NCBI GenBank assembly: GCA_002269645.1
Contig: NIVC01000127.1
Location: 558,001 to 622,000, forward strand
DNA length: 64,000 bases
DNA from: Macrostomum lignano
Taxonomy: Eukaryota
Direction: 5' to 3'
Shown: piece after piece, positions 50,201 through 60,565 of the stretch
Layout: every line of letters starts with the position of its first letter
Position numbering within the stretch: position 1 is the stretch's first letter
Translations under genes and position numbers: made by a program
The notes under the pieces: generated by a model
Told to the model about the DNA's origin: nothing
What the model saw: the letters and a program-made list of their open reading frames with translations, nothing else
The model's database searches: none

Positions 50201-53200
50201 AGGCCGCCCGCCGGATGCTTGACGCCGCGACCACCGCGCGTAGCTGGAGTCTTCAGTCGCAGGCAGGCAGCGGCGGCGGGCAGGAGCGGAAGGGCCAGCT
50301 GCTGCTCTGCTCCACCTGGCCGCCAAGCGGTTGGCGACTGGCTGCGCTTAGCAGCGGTGAGAGTCGCCATTGGATGCAATTTTTGCACCCCTAGGCTGCA
50401 GGCAACTGGTTGTCCGACTGACTGATGGAACGGACTGCTCTGAATTTTTTTTTGCCTTCCGGGGCTTCAGCCTTCACCGCTTTTTGCCCAATTATTGAAC
50501 GGTGCTGCTTAGAGACAGGGATTTTGTGTTCCACTACAGCATTTGCATAGGCATCAAACGGAGTGTTTGAGCAGTCTTTTTAGTACCGTTGGAGCCTCGC
50601 AATCCGTGGTAAAGCCTACGATTATAAAGACCCAGGGAAACAGAAACCTTTTCCTCCGCCTAACCTCCCTCTCCGAGAGCAAGCAGGTACACACTGGAGT
50701 AGTTGTATATTGTGCTTGTGCTTCTTCACGTAAGACCTGTTTACTTGTTTACTGGACCCTATTGTTTCCGAGGATATCTTAATAGCAAAGTTACCAAGTT
50801 TTCCTTGTTTTAGGCTATAGACAGGAGGGGGTTGCAGCCTAGTGGTTAGAGCGTCGGACTCACGACTGTAAGGTCGGGGGTTCGATTCTCGACCCTCGGA
50901 ACAATTTGTGTCCTAAATCAAGACACTTGACTCTGCACTGCTTCATTTCACCCAGCTGAAAAAATGGGTGCCAGCATTAGCTGGGGTAATTGAGGGTGTG
51001 TGTTGCCAGTGGCGACCCCCCCAGTCCTTGGACTGAACAGCCGTACGCAGCCTTCAGATGCGCCGCGCGATAGCTGCGGCTGAGCTGTCGGTTGCACATC
51101 TGGCCATTAGGGCAGGTGTACTTAATAAATTATATTAATTATTATGCCATAGACAAAAAATTCAACCTTACCAGTGCATCAATCAGCTGATATCGGTCAT
51201 CGGTCATCGGCCCTAGTTCTCAATCGTCTTCAAAGCTAAAGATCTTTAAGGGGTTGTGAACTTTTAATTCTGGGCAGACTATTATATTAAAGCAGAGCCA
51301 GGGACAGGTGCGATCCCCGATCCTGTCAATCTCAGGATCAAGTCTAGCGTGAGTGCCTGCAGCCAGGATTAGTCATGCAGCTCTCTACGAGTGCACTGCA
51401 GCTCAACTGTTGCCTGATCGGAAATCCCCCAAAACCACCCCCACAATTACAGAAGAGGAGGACTGCTCAACGGGCGGCGGCGCTGCCTGCTTCCAAGTTG
51501 TTGATAGCGTGGTTCAAAACAGCCGAGGAAGGTAAAGTATAATGCCGGGATCAACAGGAATCCAAGTGTCCCATTGTTCTCCAACTGTGCGCCTACTATA
51601 TTCAGCCGGTGTCCCGCTGTCAACAGAAAACAAATCTATTTACTCACAGCGACTACAGAGAAGGATAATAAAATTAGCTAAGCCTCTTTTTCCCAGCGAC
51701 TCACGTCGACTGAAGACGTCATAGCAATTATTGAGTCTCATATTTTGTTGAAAATAAATCAATCTTTTGGAGTTTGTAAGTGCATGAGCTTTATTGTCTG
51801 TTGTCTCCGCGTCTCCCTTGTCCCGGACCGGCCCTTTCTGCTTTGGGGCAGGGGAATTGGGAATCGGTTTCTTGTCCAAGCCAGTTTTTATCGATTGATT
51901 TCCTTCTCTCTCTCCCATGCCACTCACCCTTTTGGCTGGGCTGATTTGCACCTCCTACCGGCGCTGCCCTGGCGGCTCCCTGGAACTCCCCTATCTGTGG
52001 AGCCAAATTATCGCGCTTTCAATCCCTGGATCGGACTCTTGCTGGCTTGCCTGGATCCCGCAGCAGCAGCAGTGACCGGCCTGGGAGGCCTAGGTGCGGG
52101 GGAGTGGAAAGAAACCGAACAAAACTTCTCGAATCATGTGACAGCGTGGGCGTTTTCTCTGCTCGACTTTTCAAAGTTTTAATGCTTTTTTATTTTCAAA
52201 AAGTACAAATCGCCTAAACCCGATTTCGATTCTCTTTCAGCTTCGAAATCAAGGAGTTCGAATTTAACATTCCCTATGACGGCATCGTGTTTCAAGACTG
52301 CTTAGCCAAGGGCAGGAGGCGCAAAGTGTTCAGGTTGGAGTGGGCACTTGACTTTGACTTTTACGTGTACACTTCACATATCAGCTTAACGATGGGGGTT
52401 GTAGCCTAGTGGTTAGAGCGTCGGGGGTTCGATTCTTAACCTACTTGGAACAATTTGTGTAACCGCTTAACTCTGCACTATTTCAGCTCACCTAGCTGTA
52501 AAATGGGTGCCAGCATTAGCTGGGGTAATTGAGGGTGTGTGTGGTGACCCCCCCCCCCCAGTCATTGGACTGAACAGCCGTACGCAGCCTTCAGATGCGC
52601 CGCGCGATAGCTGCGGCTGAGCTGTCAGTTGCACATCTGGCCCATACAATATGAATTTTATTGTTTAAAAAACGTGGAGGAGGAACAAAATAATAATCTA
52701 ATTTATAGTCATTTTTAGACATTTTAAGGATTTTTGGTGAGGACATCTATAAAAACTTATAAAAAATTTTTAGTTAAAATATTTTTAAAGAAATAAGTTT
52801 TTCTACTTAGCTAAGTCAAAAATTGGCGTGAGTTATCTCTAGCGACTCAGAAGTGTAAGCTCCAAATCTCGTATGCTCAAATCTCATGAGCTCAAAACTT
52901 CATATCTGTTTAGTTTTTTTCAGTTCAAGCAGTGACCGACATTTCAGCTGTCAACCCTGATCCAAACTGACAAATCCCGCAACTCCACGCATTCGCAGGG
53001 GTCAGTGGCACGGTGACGTCACGATTCACACCTACGAGAATCTTGACTGCAAGGAGCGCAGCAAGTTCTGGGAGGAGGTGGCCAAGCTCAGCCTCATCAG
53101 GCACGAGAACATCTTCCTGTTCATGGGCGCGTCGATGGACCCGCCGACGTCGCGTTTCGCCGTGGTCACCTGCCAGCGTAAGGGCCAGTCTCTCTACGAC

Positions 53201-56200
53201 CGGGTGCACCTGCACCCCAGGGAGAAGCTGGGCTCAGCCGGCAAGCTGTCAATCATTCGCGACCTGGCGCAGGCGGCCGGCTACCTGCACGCTAAAGGCA
53301 TTTTAATCAGGCGTTTCAATTCGCACAACGTCTTTCTTGAGCCGCGAGCCAAACTGTCGCTGCAGGACTACTCTGTGATCGCAGAGGAAGAGGAGGACAG
53401 GTAAGAAGTCAATTAGATGGATACTCAATATGCGCTTGTATCAAGGACTAATCAAGTGGCAGAATGGTAAAACAACATTTCTTAGAAAATTTTAGAAGGA
53501 AGGTTTTACCGAAAAAAACATTATGGAGTTTTAATTTTTTCAGCACAAAAATTGTTATTGCTTTGAATAGGAGGCAGGCCCAGCTTCTTATAGCTCTATG
53601 GATATTCATAAAGCTTTTCGTTTAGAAAATTAGTGCTCTGTGTTAATTTTATATCCTACTTTCATTCGTACATGCATATTGTGCCTAAAAGAATCATAAA
53701 AATGGCACAGCTCGTCTCATTGACGTTATGAATCTTTTTATCATTCTTAGCTCAATGACTGAGTAACAAAATTTGAAACAGAATGAATGATCAAATAGTT
53801 TAATAAACTCAAAGAGTCAAGTTGTGCCAGTTTTTTATTATTTAGGCATGGGACATGTCGGAGGATATGAACTTATCATAGAATCCTAATTTTCTAAACG
53901 AAAAGCCTTAATTGTGAATATCAATAGAGCTATAACAAAGGCAAGACATATCGAAAGATGAGCACTGGGTCTCTCTTTTATCAAGAGCCATAGCAGTTTT
54001 TGTGCTAAAAAAATGAAAACCTATCTCCGTAATGTTTTTTCGGTAAAACCAGCAACCCGCCTACTAAAATTTTCTAAGAAACGTAGTTTCCTATCCTACT
54101 TTAGTAGTCCTTGGCTCGTATAAGTAACAGTTGACGGTGACATTTTTAACCAAATATCTTGATAAAATTTTGAGTCAACCTCGGGGAAAAACTTCATAAT
54201 TTCGCCAACAATTTATTCTGCAGTGCCCTATTTCTATTGTCATCTCCTGCAGAGAAGTTGCCACATTCAGAGTGAGTTGCCAAGGAACTTGAGCATAAGC
54301 CACGAAGTTAGCAAGAAACTCTTGGGAGACCATGTCGTTTAATGCTGTACGCAGCCACGCACTCATACACACGCTCACTCCGGGTGTACATCGGCCCTGA
54401 CTTTCTAATCGTCAGACATGCACACTCTTGTGTGCCTTGGGGGCTGGCGTTCATGGCTGCGAATCGCAGCACAACCTCTCTGGACCAATTTTCGTTCACA
54501 AGCCCGAAATGAATGGCCACGCGAGTGCGGAATCGAACCAGTGTCGTTGGAGTGTCGTTATTCAGATAATCCACTTGTCTCCTATGGCTCATGCTTGGAT
54601 TTTTAGGTGCAGATAACTTAACGTGACTTGATGACTTGCAGATAACTCGATAACTTGTATTGGATAACTAATCAAGCCTGAGTCACAGAAAAAAACGCCT
54701 GTAAATCTCGTCCATCATCATATTTTCTGCTTGCAAGCATCCAATGTCTCGTTTACTCGAGATTTTCGAACTAATCGTGACAAGCAAATAACGCAACAAA
54801 AAACGGTGAATAAAATTCTCTGGCAATCGGGCTTTCCCGACCGAAGTGAGTGAGTGACAGAATGGCTGGCATCGCTAGGTATATAATTCATGCAAGTTAT
54901 TCAAGTTAGCTACAGTTTCAAACAAGTTACCTGCTGGCATGACCGCGTTGATTTTAGCAGTAAAAATCGATCAAATTATCCCCCAATTTTCAGCCAATTT
55001 TCTAATACTGCGACGTCAAATTCTAAAATTAAGTTTTATAGTCGCTAGACTAGATTAATCGGCTAAATTAATTTGGTCTGGCTTGGCATCGCAGCATTCT
55101 AAACTGATTGAAGAAAGAGGCTTGCAGTGTACTGTCAGTGTCCCGGCTGTTATGAATCTGAAATTCACGCGGGCGGCGCCCTCAGCGGGTGGTGAAGCCG
55201 CGGAGCAGCCTCTCGCGGAAGCTGCCCAGCCGCCGGTAGGCTCTCTGGCAGCAGCCGTGCGGCCAGGGCAGCCGAAACTCGCACGGCAGCCGGCCCGGCA
55301 CGCCGGCCTCGAAGAATTCGAATGCGCGATACCACCAGACCTGGGCGAGGTGGCTGCTCCGCCGTTCCGCAGCGGGGCACCTGGCCAAGGCGTGGTACAC
55401 GAGGAACAGGCGGCTGGCCAGCCAGTAGCCGATGATCAGGTCCACCGTGTAGTGGGCGTGCGAGGACAGCAGCAGCATGAAGCTGATCAGACAGGTGATG
55501 AGGCTCGCCCAGCGAAGCGGACTGGCTGACGCAGGAGTATACTCCCTGATGGTCAGGTAGGACAGGGTGAGGCTGGCCGTGTGCCCCGAAAAGATGGAGT
55601 CGCCGCAGATGTTGTGCGTGTTGCTAACCGAGAAGCCGGCGCCCATGGCTATGCGGCTAACTCGGCCGTAGATCTCGGCGAAGTTCAGGCTGGAGTTGGA
55701 GCGCGGCCCGCAGTGCCGTCGGGCGTTCGGGTCGGGCATGGCGGTCACGGCGATGGTCACGGAGCGATAGAGGAACACAATGGCCAGTATGAAGCCGGTC
55801 CTGCGCAGCAGCACCCAACGGTGTCTGTGGGCCAAGCACAGGGCCAGCGCGGTGCTCATGTTCAATAGTAGCAGGGCCTCGCAGGCCATCAGGGCCCAGT
55901 CGCTGCGCGGCACAAGTCTGAGGCTGACGTCCGGCAGCGGCGGGTACTCGGGCACGTAGTCGTGCACGTACGCCAGGCTGATGGCGGTCAGCAGCATGCC
56001 GCCGCCCATGCATGCCAGGGCTAGCAGGGTTTTCCAGCATGCAGTCGGCACTGCAACGCTTCCTGCAACACTGCTGCCGCTGCCGCCGCCAGCGCTGCCG
56101 CCGACGCCGCTTCGTTCGTTGATTTCAATTTCAGCGTCACCAACGGCTGCCGTCTCCGGGATGCTGCAGTCGCCACCCTGTTGCGGCATCAGCTGATGCT

Positions 56201-58355
56201 GCTGGTGACTGTGCGGCGGACAATCCGGGTCAGCGAACTCCAGGCGGCGTCGCGGCATGTCCGCGCTGATCCGGTGATCCACTGAGGAATCCATGGTGTC
56301 GAGAAATTGATTACCCGTCTGTTGATTCTGAGTTTCCGAGGTAGCGAAGAAAAACAGCCAACTCTCTTCAGTGGTCAGAATTTTCAAACGAAATTGAGAG
56401 GTTTTGCGAGTTGGAGCAACTTTAGCTAAAGATCCAAGTGAGAGAGTGGGTTTCAGCCATAGACAATTGATTGGTTCAACTATATCGATGTCGATCTTGT
56501 TGTTTACTAAAATATGTTTGATTCATTGGACTTCACGAACTTCTGCATGCTGAATTTAACCTTCAAAATGCAACTTTGTTTTACTTGGATCATCGAGCCT
56601 AAAGCTAAAGTGAATACGCATTCTTCATACGCTGATTTTCAGGCCAGGCTATTTGGTGGTACCGGCGTCTCTGGTCTGGTACACGCCGCCAGAGATTCTC
56701 ACTCAGCTGGCGGACAAAACGTCTTCTATTCCTGATTCGGCATTCACTACAGCGTCCGATGTGTTTGCATTTAGGTAGGCGGGTGAGGCTTTTGGATGGG
56801 CCAGGTGCGGGAGTGAGGTGGCTGCAAGAGTTCAAAGGGGAGAGAGAGGCGAGAGGCGGGGAGTGAGGTGGCTGCAAGAGTTTAAAGGGGGGAGGCGGGG
56901 AGTGAGGTGGCTGCAAAACTTGGAAAGTGACCTTAAAGGAAGGTATCTCAGGTTTCTCTTTAACTTTAATATGTATATGTATATAGCCAGCTATCGACTT
57001 GCTATTTGATTCGGGCCTGGCTATCTAACAAGTAGATAGGGGCTGTTATCCATGGAGACGCAAATGCAAGCCACTACCTCTCTTCTCGCCCCAGCGTGAT
57101 CATGTACGAGGTGTGCGCCGGCCGCTATCCGTACGCCAAATGCGACAGGCGCCAGTACATGGAGAATGTCTGCCAAGGCAGGCGCGACACAGTGCAGGAT
57201 ATCCGGGTGTCGGACATCATTAAGGTGAGGCTGCTCAGTGTGCTTATAGTTAAAAACGACTAGTCGTTCTTAGTAATAGGTTAGTTGTTTGTAGTGACAT
57301 TAAATACTTCGACCCTGAATCCACCAAAAAAAACTGCAAAACTCGCGCAGAACCTCATCACGGAATGCTGGAGCCATGACCCTCTGTACAGGCCGGAGTT
57401 CAGCCAAATCAATGCAGCGCTGCATAATCGGGTAAGTGCGTGTGTTCTGGAAATTTCTGAAGTTTATTTTTACAAACCAAAAAATAGTCTATGGTAATGG
57501 GTGGGGGCCGTAGCCCAGTGGTCTAGCGGGGCGCTTTTTTGTGCCAGCGGCCCAGGCTCGATTCCAAGTGCAGTCACATTAATTTGGGGCTAAATTGGAA
57601 TCTCGTCTTGGCTCTGCTCGTGCAATTAACGCCCTTGAGGGCCAACCTCCCAGGCACAGTGAAGTGTACAAGACTAACGATAAATGGAGCTAGGGTCGCT
57701 GTACATTCCCGTGTGTGTGCCTGTGCGTTTGACTGCGTATGTATCCGCGCACTTGTGTGCCTGCTCAGGGGAGTCGGCGGAATGGGCAGTAATGCCTCTC
57801 GCCGGTTGTGTGACAATGTCGCTTAAAGAGCGCCAGGTGCACACAGCCACTGCCTCTAACTAAACTGTAAACCTATGGTAGTGGGTGGGTGCACCTCTCT
57901 GCGCCCCCGTCTTTCTCTTAGAGTGTAGCTTAGGCAAAATGTCTATAATACAATATCGGTGATATTTATGCTTTAAGGTGTTAATATGCTGCATATTACA
58001 GCGTATTGTTGTATTAAAATTGCATATTATTATAGATAGTATTGAGAGACGTTATCTTTAAAAGGACCTACTCACAACCTTATCAGCGATCAAGGCTATT
58101 ACAATAACACCGATTAGGAGATCTATTTAAATGATAAGGTGTGAATCTGCACGCACAACTTGTCCAAGATGAATGCGGGCTGTAGCTAAAATAGAATACT
58201 ATATATTAGGTGCATACTGACCGTGTAGATCTTACAGCTCACTATTTGCAAGACAAAGTAAACCGGCATTGCAGGAGACCAGCCACTTGTGGCACAGCTC
58301 GTCCGAACCGGAGAATCTGCACAGACTGCAGTTCGCCAGGAATGGATTCGTCTAA
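47270..58355 (+). CDS. KSR3: KSR-family pseudokinase (KSR3-like), ~811 aa. Exons 47270-47352, 48908-49152, 49298-50356, 51402-51531, 52241-52333, 52999-53400, 56643-56774, 57095-57224, 57351-57431, 58275-58355
   Basis: EFNIPY..., RGQWHGDVTIH, IRHENIFLFMGA, AQAAGYLHAKGI, NVFLE, DYS, WYTPPEIL, SDVFAFSVIMYE, CWSHDPLYRPEF, HSSSEPENL; exon chain phase-consistent. Kinase exons are secure; the first four low-complexity exons are less so. Confidence 0.8.
47448..48303. repeat. 41-bp minisatellite (AATGCATAGATGAAGGAATAGAATGGATTGCTAATCTATTC), ~21 copies
   Basis: Direct reading, period 41; first KSR3 intron. Confidence 0.97.
50827..51145 (+). mobile_element. tRNA-derived SINE, copy 2 (full length)
   Basis: A box CAGCCTAGTGGTTAGAGC, B box GGTTCGATTC, central CACCCAGCTG..AAATGGGTGCCAGC, AT-rich tail; ATAGACA on both flanks (possible TSD). 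Confidence 0.88.
52394..52642 (+). mobile_element. tRNA-derived SINE, copy 3 (internal deletion between A and B boxes)
   Basis: Aligns with copy 2 from GGGGGTTGTAGCCTAGTGG to GTTGCACATCTGGCC. Confidence 0.85.
53445..54110. mobile_element. 666-bp non-autonomous TIR element (Kolobok-like by GG termini and degenerate TTAA flanks)
   Basis: ~120-bp imperfect TIRs: GGACTA...TTTCTTAGAAAATTTTAG...TTTTACCGAAAAAA.CATTA.GGAG...GCACAAAAA vs its inverse; flanks TCAA / TTGG. Confidence 0.65.
55182..56294 (-). CDS. SGMS: Sphingomyelin/ceramide-phosphoethanolamine synthase family protein, 370 aa from first ATG, single exon, nested antisense in a KSR3 intron
   Basis: PPLPD, RRTGF...FLYRSVT..VT.MP.P, CGDSIFSGHT, HAHYTVDLIIGYW, WWYRAFEFFE; catalytic H/H/D intact; multiple TM helices; no SAM domain. 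Confidence 0.93.
   Translation of the reverse strand: MDSSVDHRISADMPRRRLEFADPDCPPHSHQQHQLMPQQGGDCSIPETAAVGDAEIEINERSGVGGSAGGGSGSSVAGSVAVPTACWKTLLALACMGGGMLLTAISLAYVHDYVPEYPPLPDVSLRLVPRSDWALMACEALLLLNMSTALALCLAHRHRWVLLRRTGFILAIVFLYRSVTIAVTAMPDPNARRHCGPRSNSSLNFAEIYGRVSRIAMGAGFSVSNTHNICGDSIFSGHTASLTLSYLTIREYTPASASPLRWASLITCLISFMLLLSSHAHYTVDLIIGYWLASRLFLVYHALARCPAAERRSSHLAQVWWYRAFEFFEAGVPGRLPCEFRLPWPHGCCQRAYRRLGSFRERLLRGFTTR
56806..56915. repeat. Short G-rich tandem repeat, 3 copies of GGGAGTGAGGTGGCTGCAA
   Basis: Direct reading. Confidence 0.8.
57503..57570 (+). other. Degenerate tRNA-like head (tRNA pseudogene or second SINE family)
   Basis: A-box-like TAGCCCAGTGGTCTAGC and B-box-like GGCTCGATTCC at tRNA spacing; interior T-run precludes a functional tRNA. 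Confidence 0.4.
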
Positions 58356-58519
58356 TAATTACGAGTAGCTGTCATATGCGCTACAAATTGATTAACTGTT
58401 TTTTATCCACTAGTTGTAGTATGCTATGCACTTTACAAGCTTAATGTACACGATCATTCGCTTAATATAATCGCGCATTCATATGGAAAGAGTGATGTGA
58501 TTTGAAGTGTGAAGAAGAC

Positions 58520-58945
58520 AGAGGGACAGGGAGTGAGGTGGTTGGAAGTTGAAATGGGCAGAGGGACAGGGAGTGAGGTGATTGGAAGTTGAAATGGGCA
58601 GAGGGACAGGGAGTGAGGTGATTGGAAGTTGAAATGGGCAGAGGGACAGGGAGTGAGGTGGTTGGAAGTTGAAGTGGACAGAGGGACAGGGAGTGAGGTG
58701 GTTGGAAGTTAAAATGGGCAGAGGGACAGGGAGTGAGGTGGTTGGAAGTTAAAATGGGCAGAGGGACAGGGAGTGAGGTGGTTGGAAGTTAAAATGGGCA
58801 GAGGGACAGGGAGTGAGGTGGTTGGAAGTTGTAGTGGGCAGAGGGACAGGGAGTGAGGTGGTTGGAAGTTGAAGTGGACAGAGGCGCAGGGAGTGAGGGG
58901 GTTGAAAGTTAAAATGGGCAGAGGGGCAGGGAGTGAGGTGGTTAG
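58520..58945. repeat. 40-bp minisatellite (GAGGGACAGGGAGTGAGGTGGTTGGAAGTTGAAATGGGCA), ~10.5 copies
   Basis: Direct reading, period 40; starts ~165 nt after the KSR3 stop. Confidence 0.96.
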
Positions 58946-59894
58946 AAGCATAAAGAAGGGTTTGAGAGGTACCAGCTACCCGCAGCATAAAAGCTCTGGT
59001 TGTCCCAAAATTTTCACCTTTTGCTGAAAGACAACTCTTGGCTTCGAGGTCTTAAATAAGCGCATTTTCCACAAAAAGCTATAAAATATTTTCTTAGTCA
59101 TTCAAGCGTTGCGCAATCTTTAATTGAGATGGTTGAAATGCGATTGTTTGCTTAACTACTATTTTTCATACACTTGGCTACTACTTGAATATTATAAAAA
59201 TTTTTTCACACTAAATGCGAGCATACTGTTCCACACTGCGAGCTCAGACTCCCAAAATGAGTTCTCTTGCACTGTACATCTCTTGTACAGATTGTGATTA
59301 ACTACATTTTTTAGTAAATCTAATTTGGTTACAAGTGCCAGCTCAGCTCATTGACTTTGAGCTGTTGTGCTTCCAATATAGCGAGTCGCGAGAACGTGCT
59401 CCTGTCAGCTGCAACACGCTCGACACGCTTGTCTATGCATCAGCAGTACAATAGCTTCCAGAACAGTTTCCACTATTGCCTTCCTATTCGTTTTGCTTTA
59501 ATATACTGGATAGAAAACATATTTTAAGGCTGGTACAACAGTTCCATTTTAGATTGTAAGCAAATCAGCATTGATGGTCAACTGCCAGCAGGATGACCTT
59601 CCCCTTTGCACCTCGCAGCATCAGCTAACATCTTTCGTGAAAGCACCCCTGCACAACTGCTACAGAATGCTGAAGTTTAATATTTTTGCACCAAAATGTT
59701 AAATAAATTTTATTGATGCCGTTGCACTGAAGTTTTTCCACTTTTTCTTTCACTGAAATTTGTTCTTTCCGCCACTGTCTACTTAAAAACGTAATTTCTT
59801 GTGTTGGTTTATGGAAGGTTGCACTTTTGACGCTGGTCTAATAAATATTCCATATCACGCCCTGTACGATCCTTGATTACCGCATGTTATAACT

Positions 59895-60345
59895 CCAATC
59901 AGAGTAATTATCGGGGATTACGCCCCAATTAAAGTAATTATCAGAGATTACACCCCGAATCAGAGTAATTATCCGAGATTACACCCCAATTAAAGTAATT
60001 ATCAGAGATTACATCCCGAATCAGAGTAATTATCAGAGATTACATCCCGAATCAGAGTAATTATCCGAGATTACAACCCAATTAAAGTAATTATCAGAGA
60101 TTACACCCCGAATCAGAGTAATTATCCGAGATTACACCCCAATTAAAGTAATTATCAGAGATTACATCCCGAATCAGAGTAATTATCAGAGATTACATCC
60201 CGAATCAGAGTAATTATCAGAGATTACATCCCGAATCAGAGTAATTATCCGAGATTACAACCCAAAACAGAGTAATTATCCGAGATTACAACCCAAAACA
60301 GAGTAATTATCCGAGATTACACCCTGAAACAGAATTATTTTTCGA
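59895..60345. repeat. 31-bp minisatellite (CAGAGTAATTATCCGAGATTACACCCCGAAT), ~14 copies
   Basis: Direct reading, period 31. Confidence 0.94.
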
Positions 60346-60565
60346 CATTACACCCTCCATGCTCGGCCGTATAACTGAAAGAATCGGCAGCACGAAACTG
60401 CATGCTATAAATAGCTCGAACTTGATCGTCGAGGACACAAAGCTTCGCCTCCTAAGCGGTTCATTATTGAAACCATAGACTAAACTTGCGTCCATCTCTC
60501 AACCACCAAGCGTTCTCGCGCTGTGCCAGTCTGCGTTGCCTCAACTCTCTCCCAATGCGAGCGAG

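Noticed and set aside
49663-50425. Long overlapping ORFs on both strands
   Set aside because: GC-rich shadows of the large KSR3 exon
57503-57570. Functional tRNA gene
   Set aside because: Cloverleaf stems do not pair and a T6 run (Pol III terminator) lies inside; kept only as tRNA-like remnant
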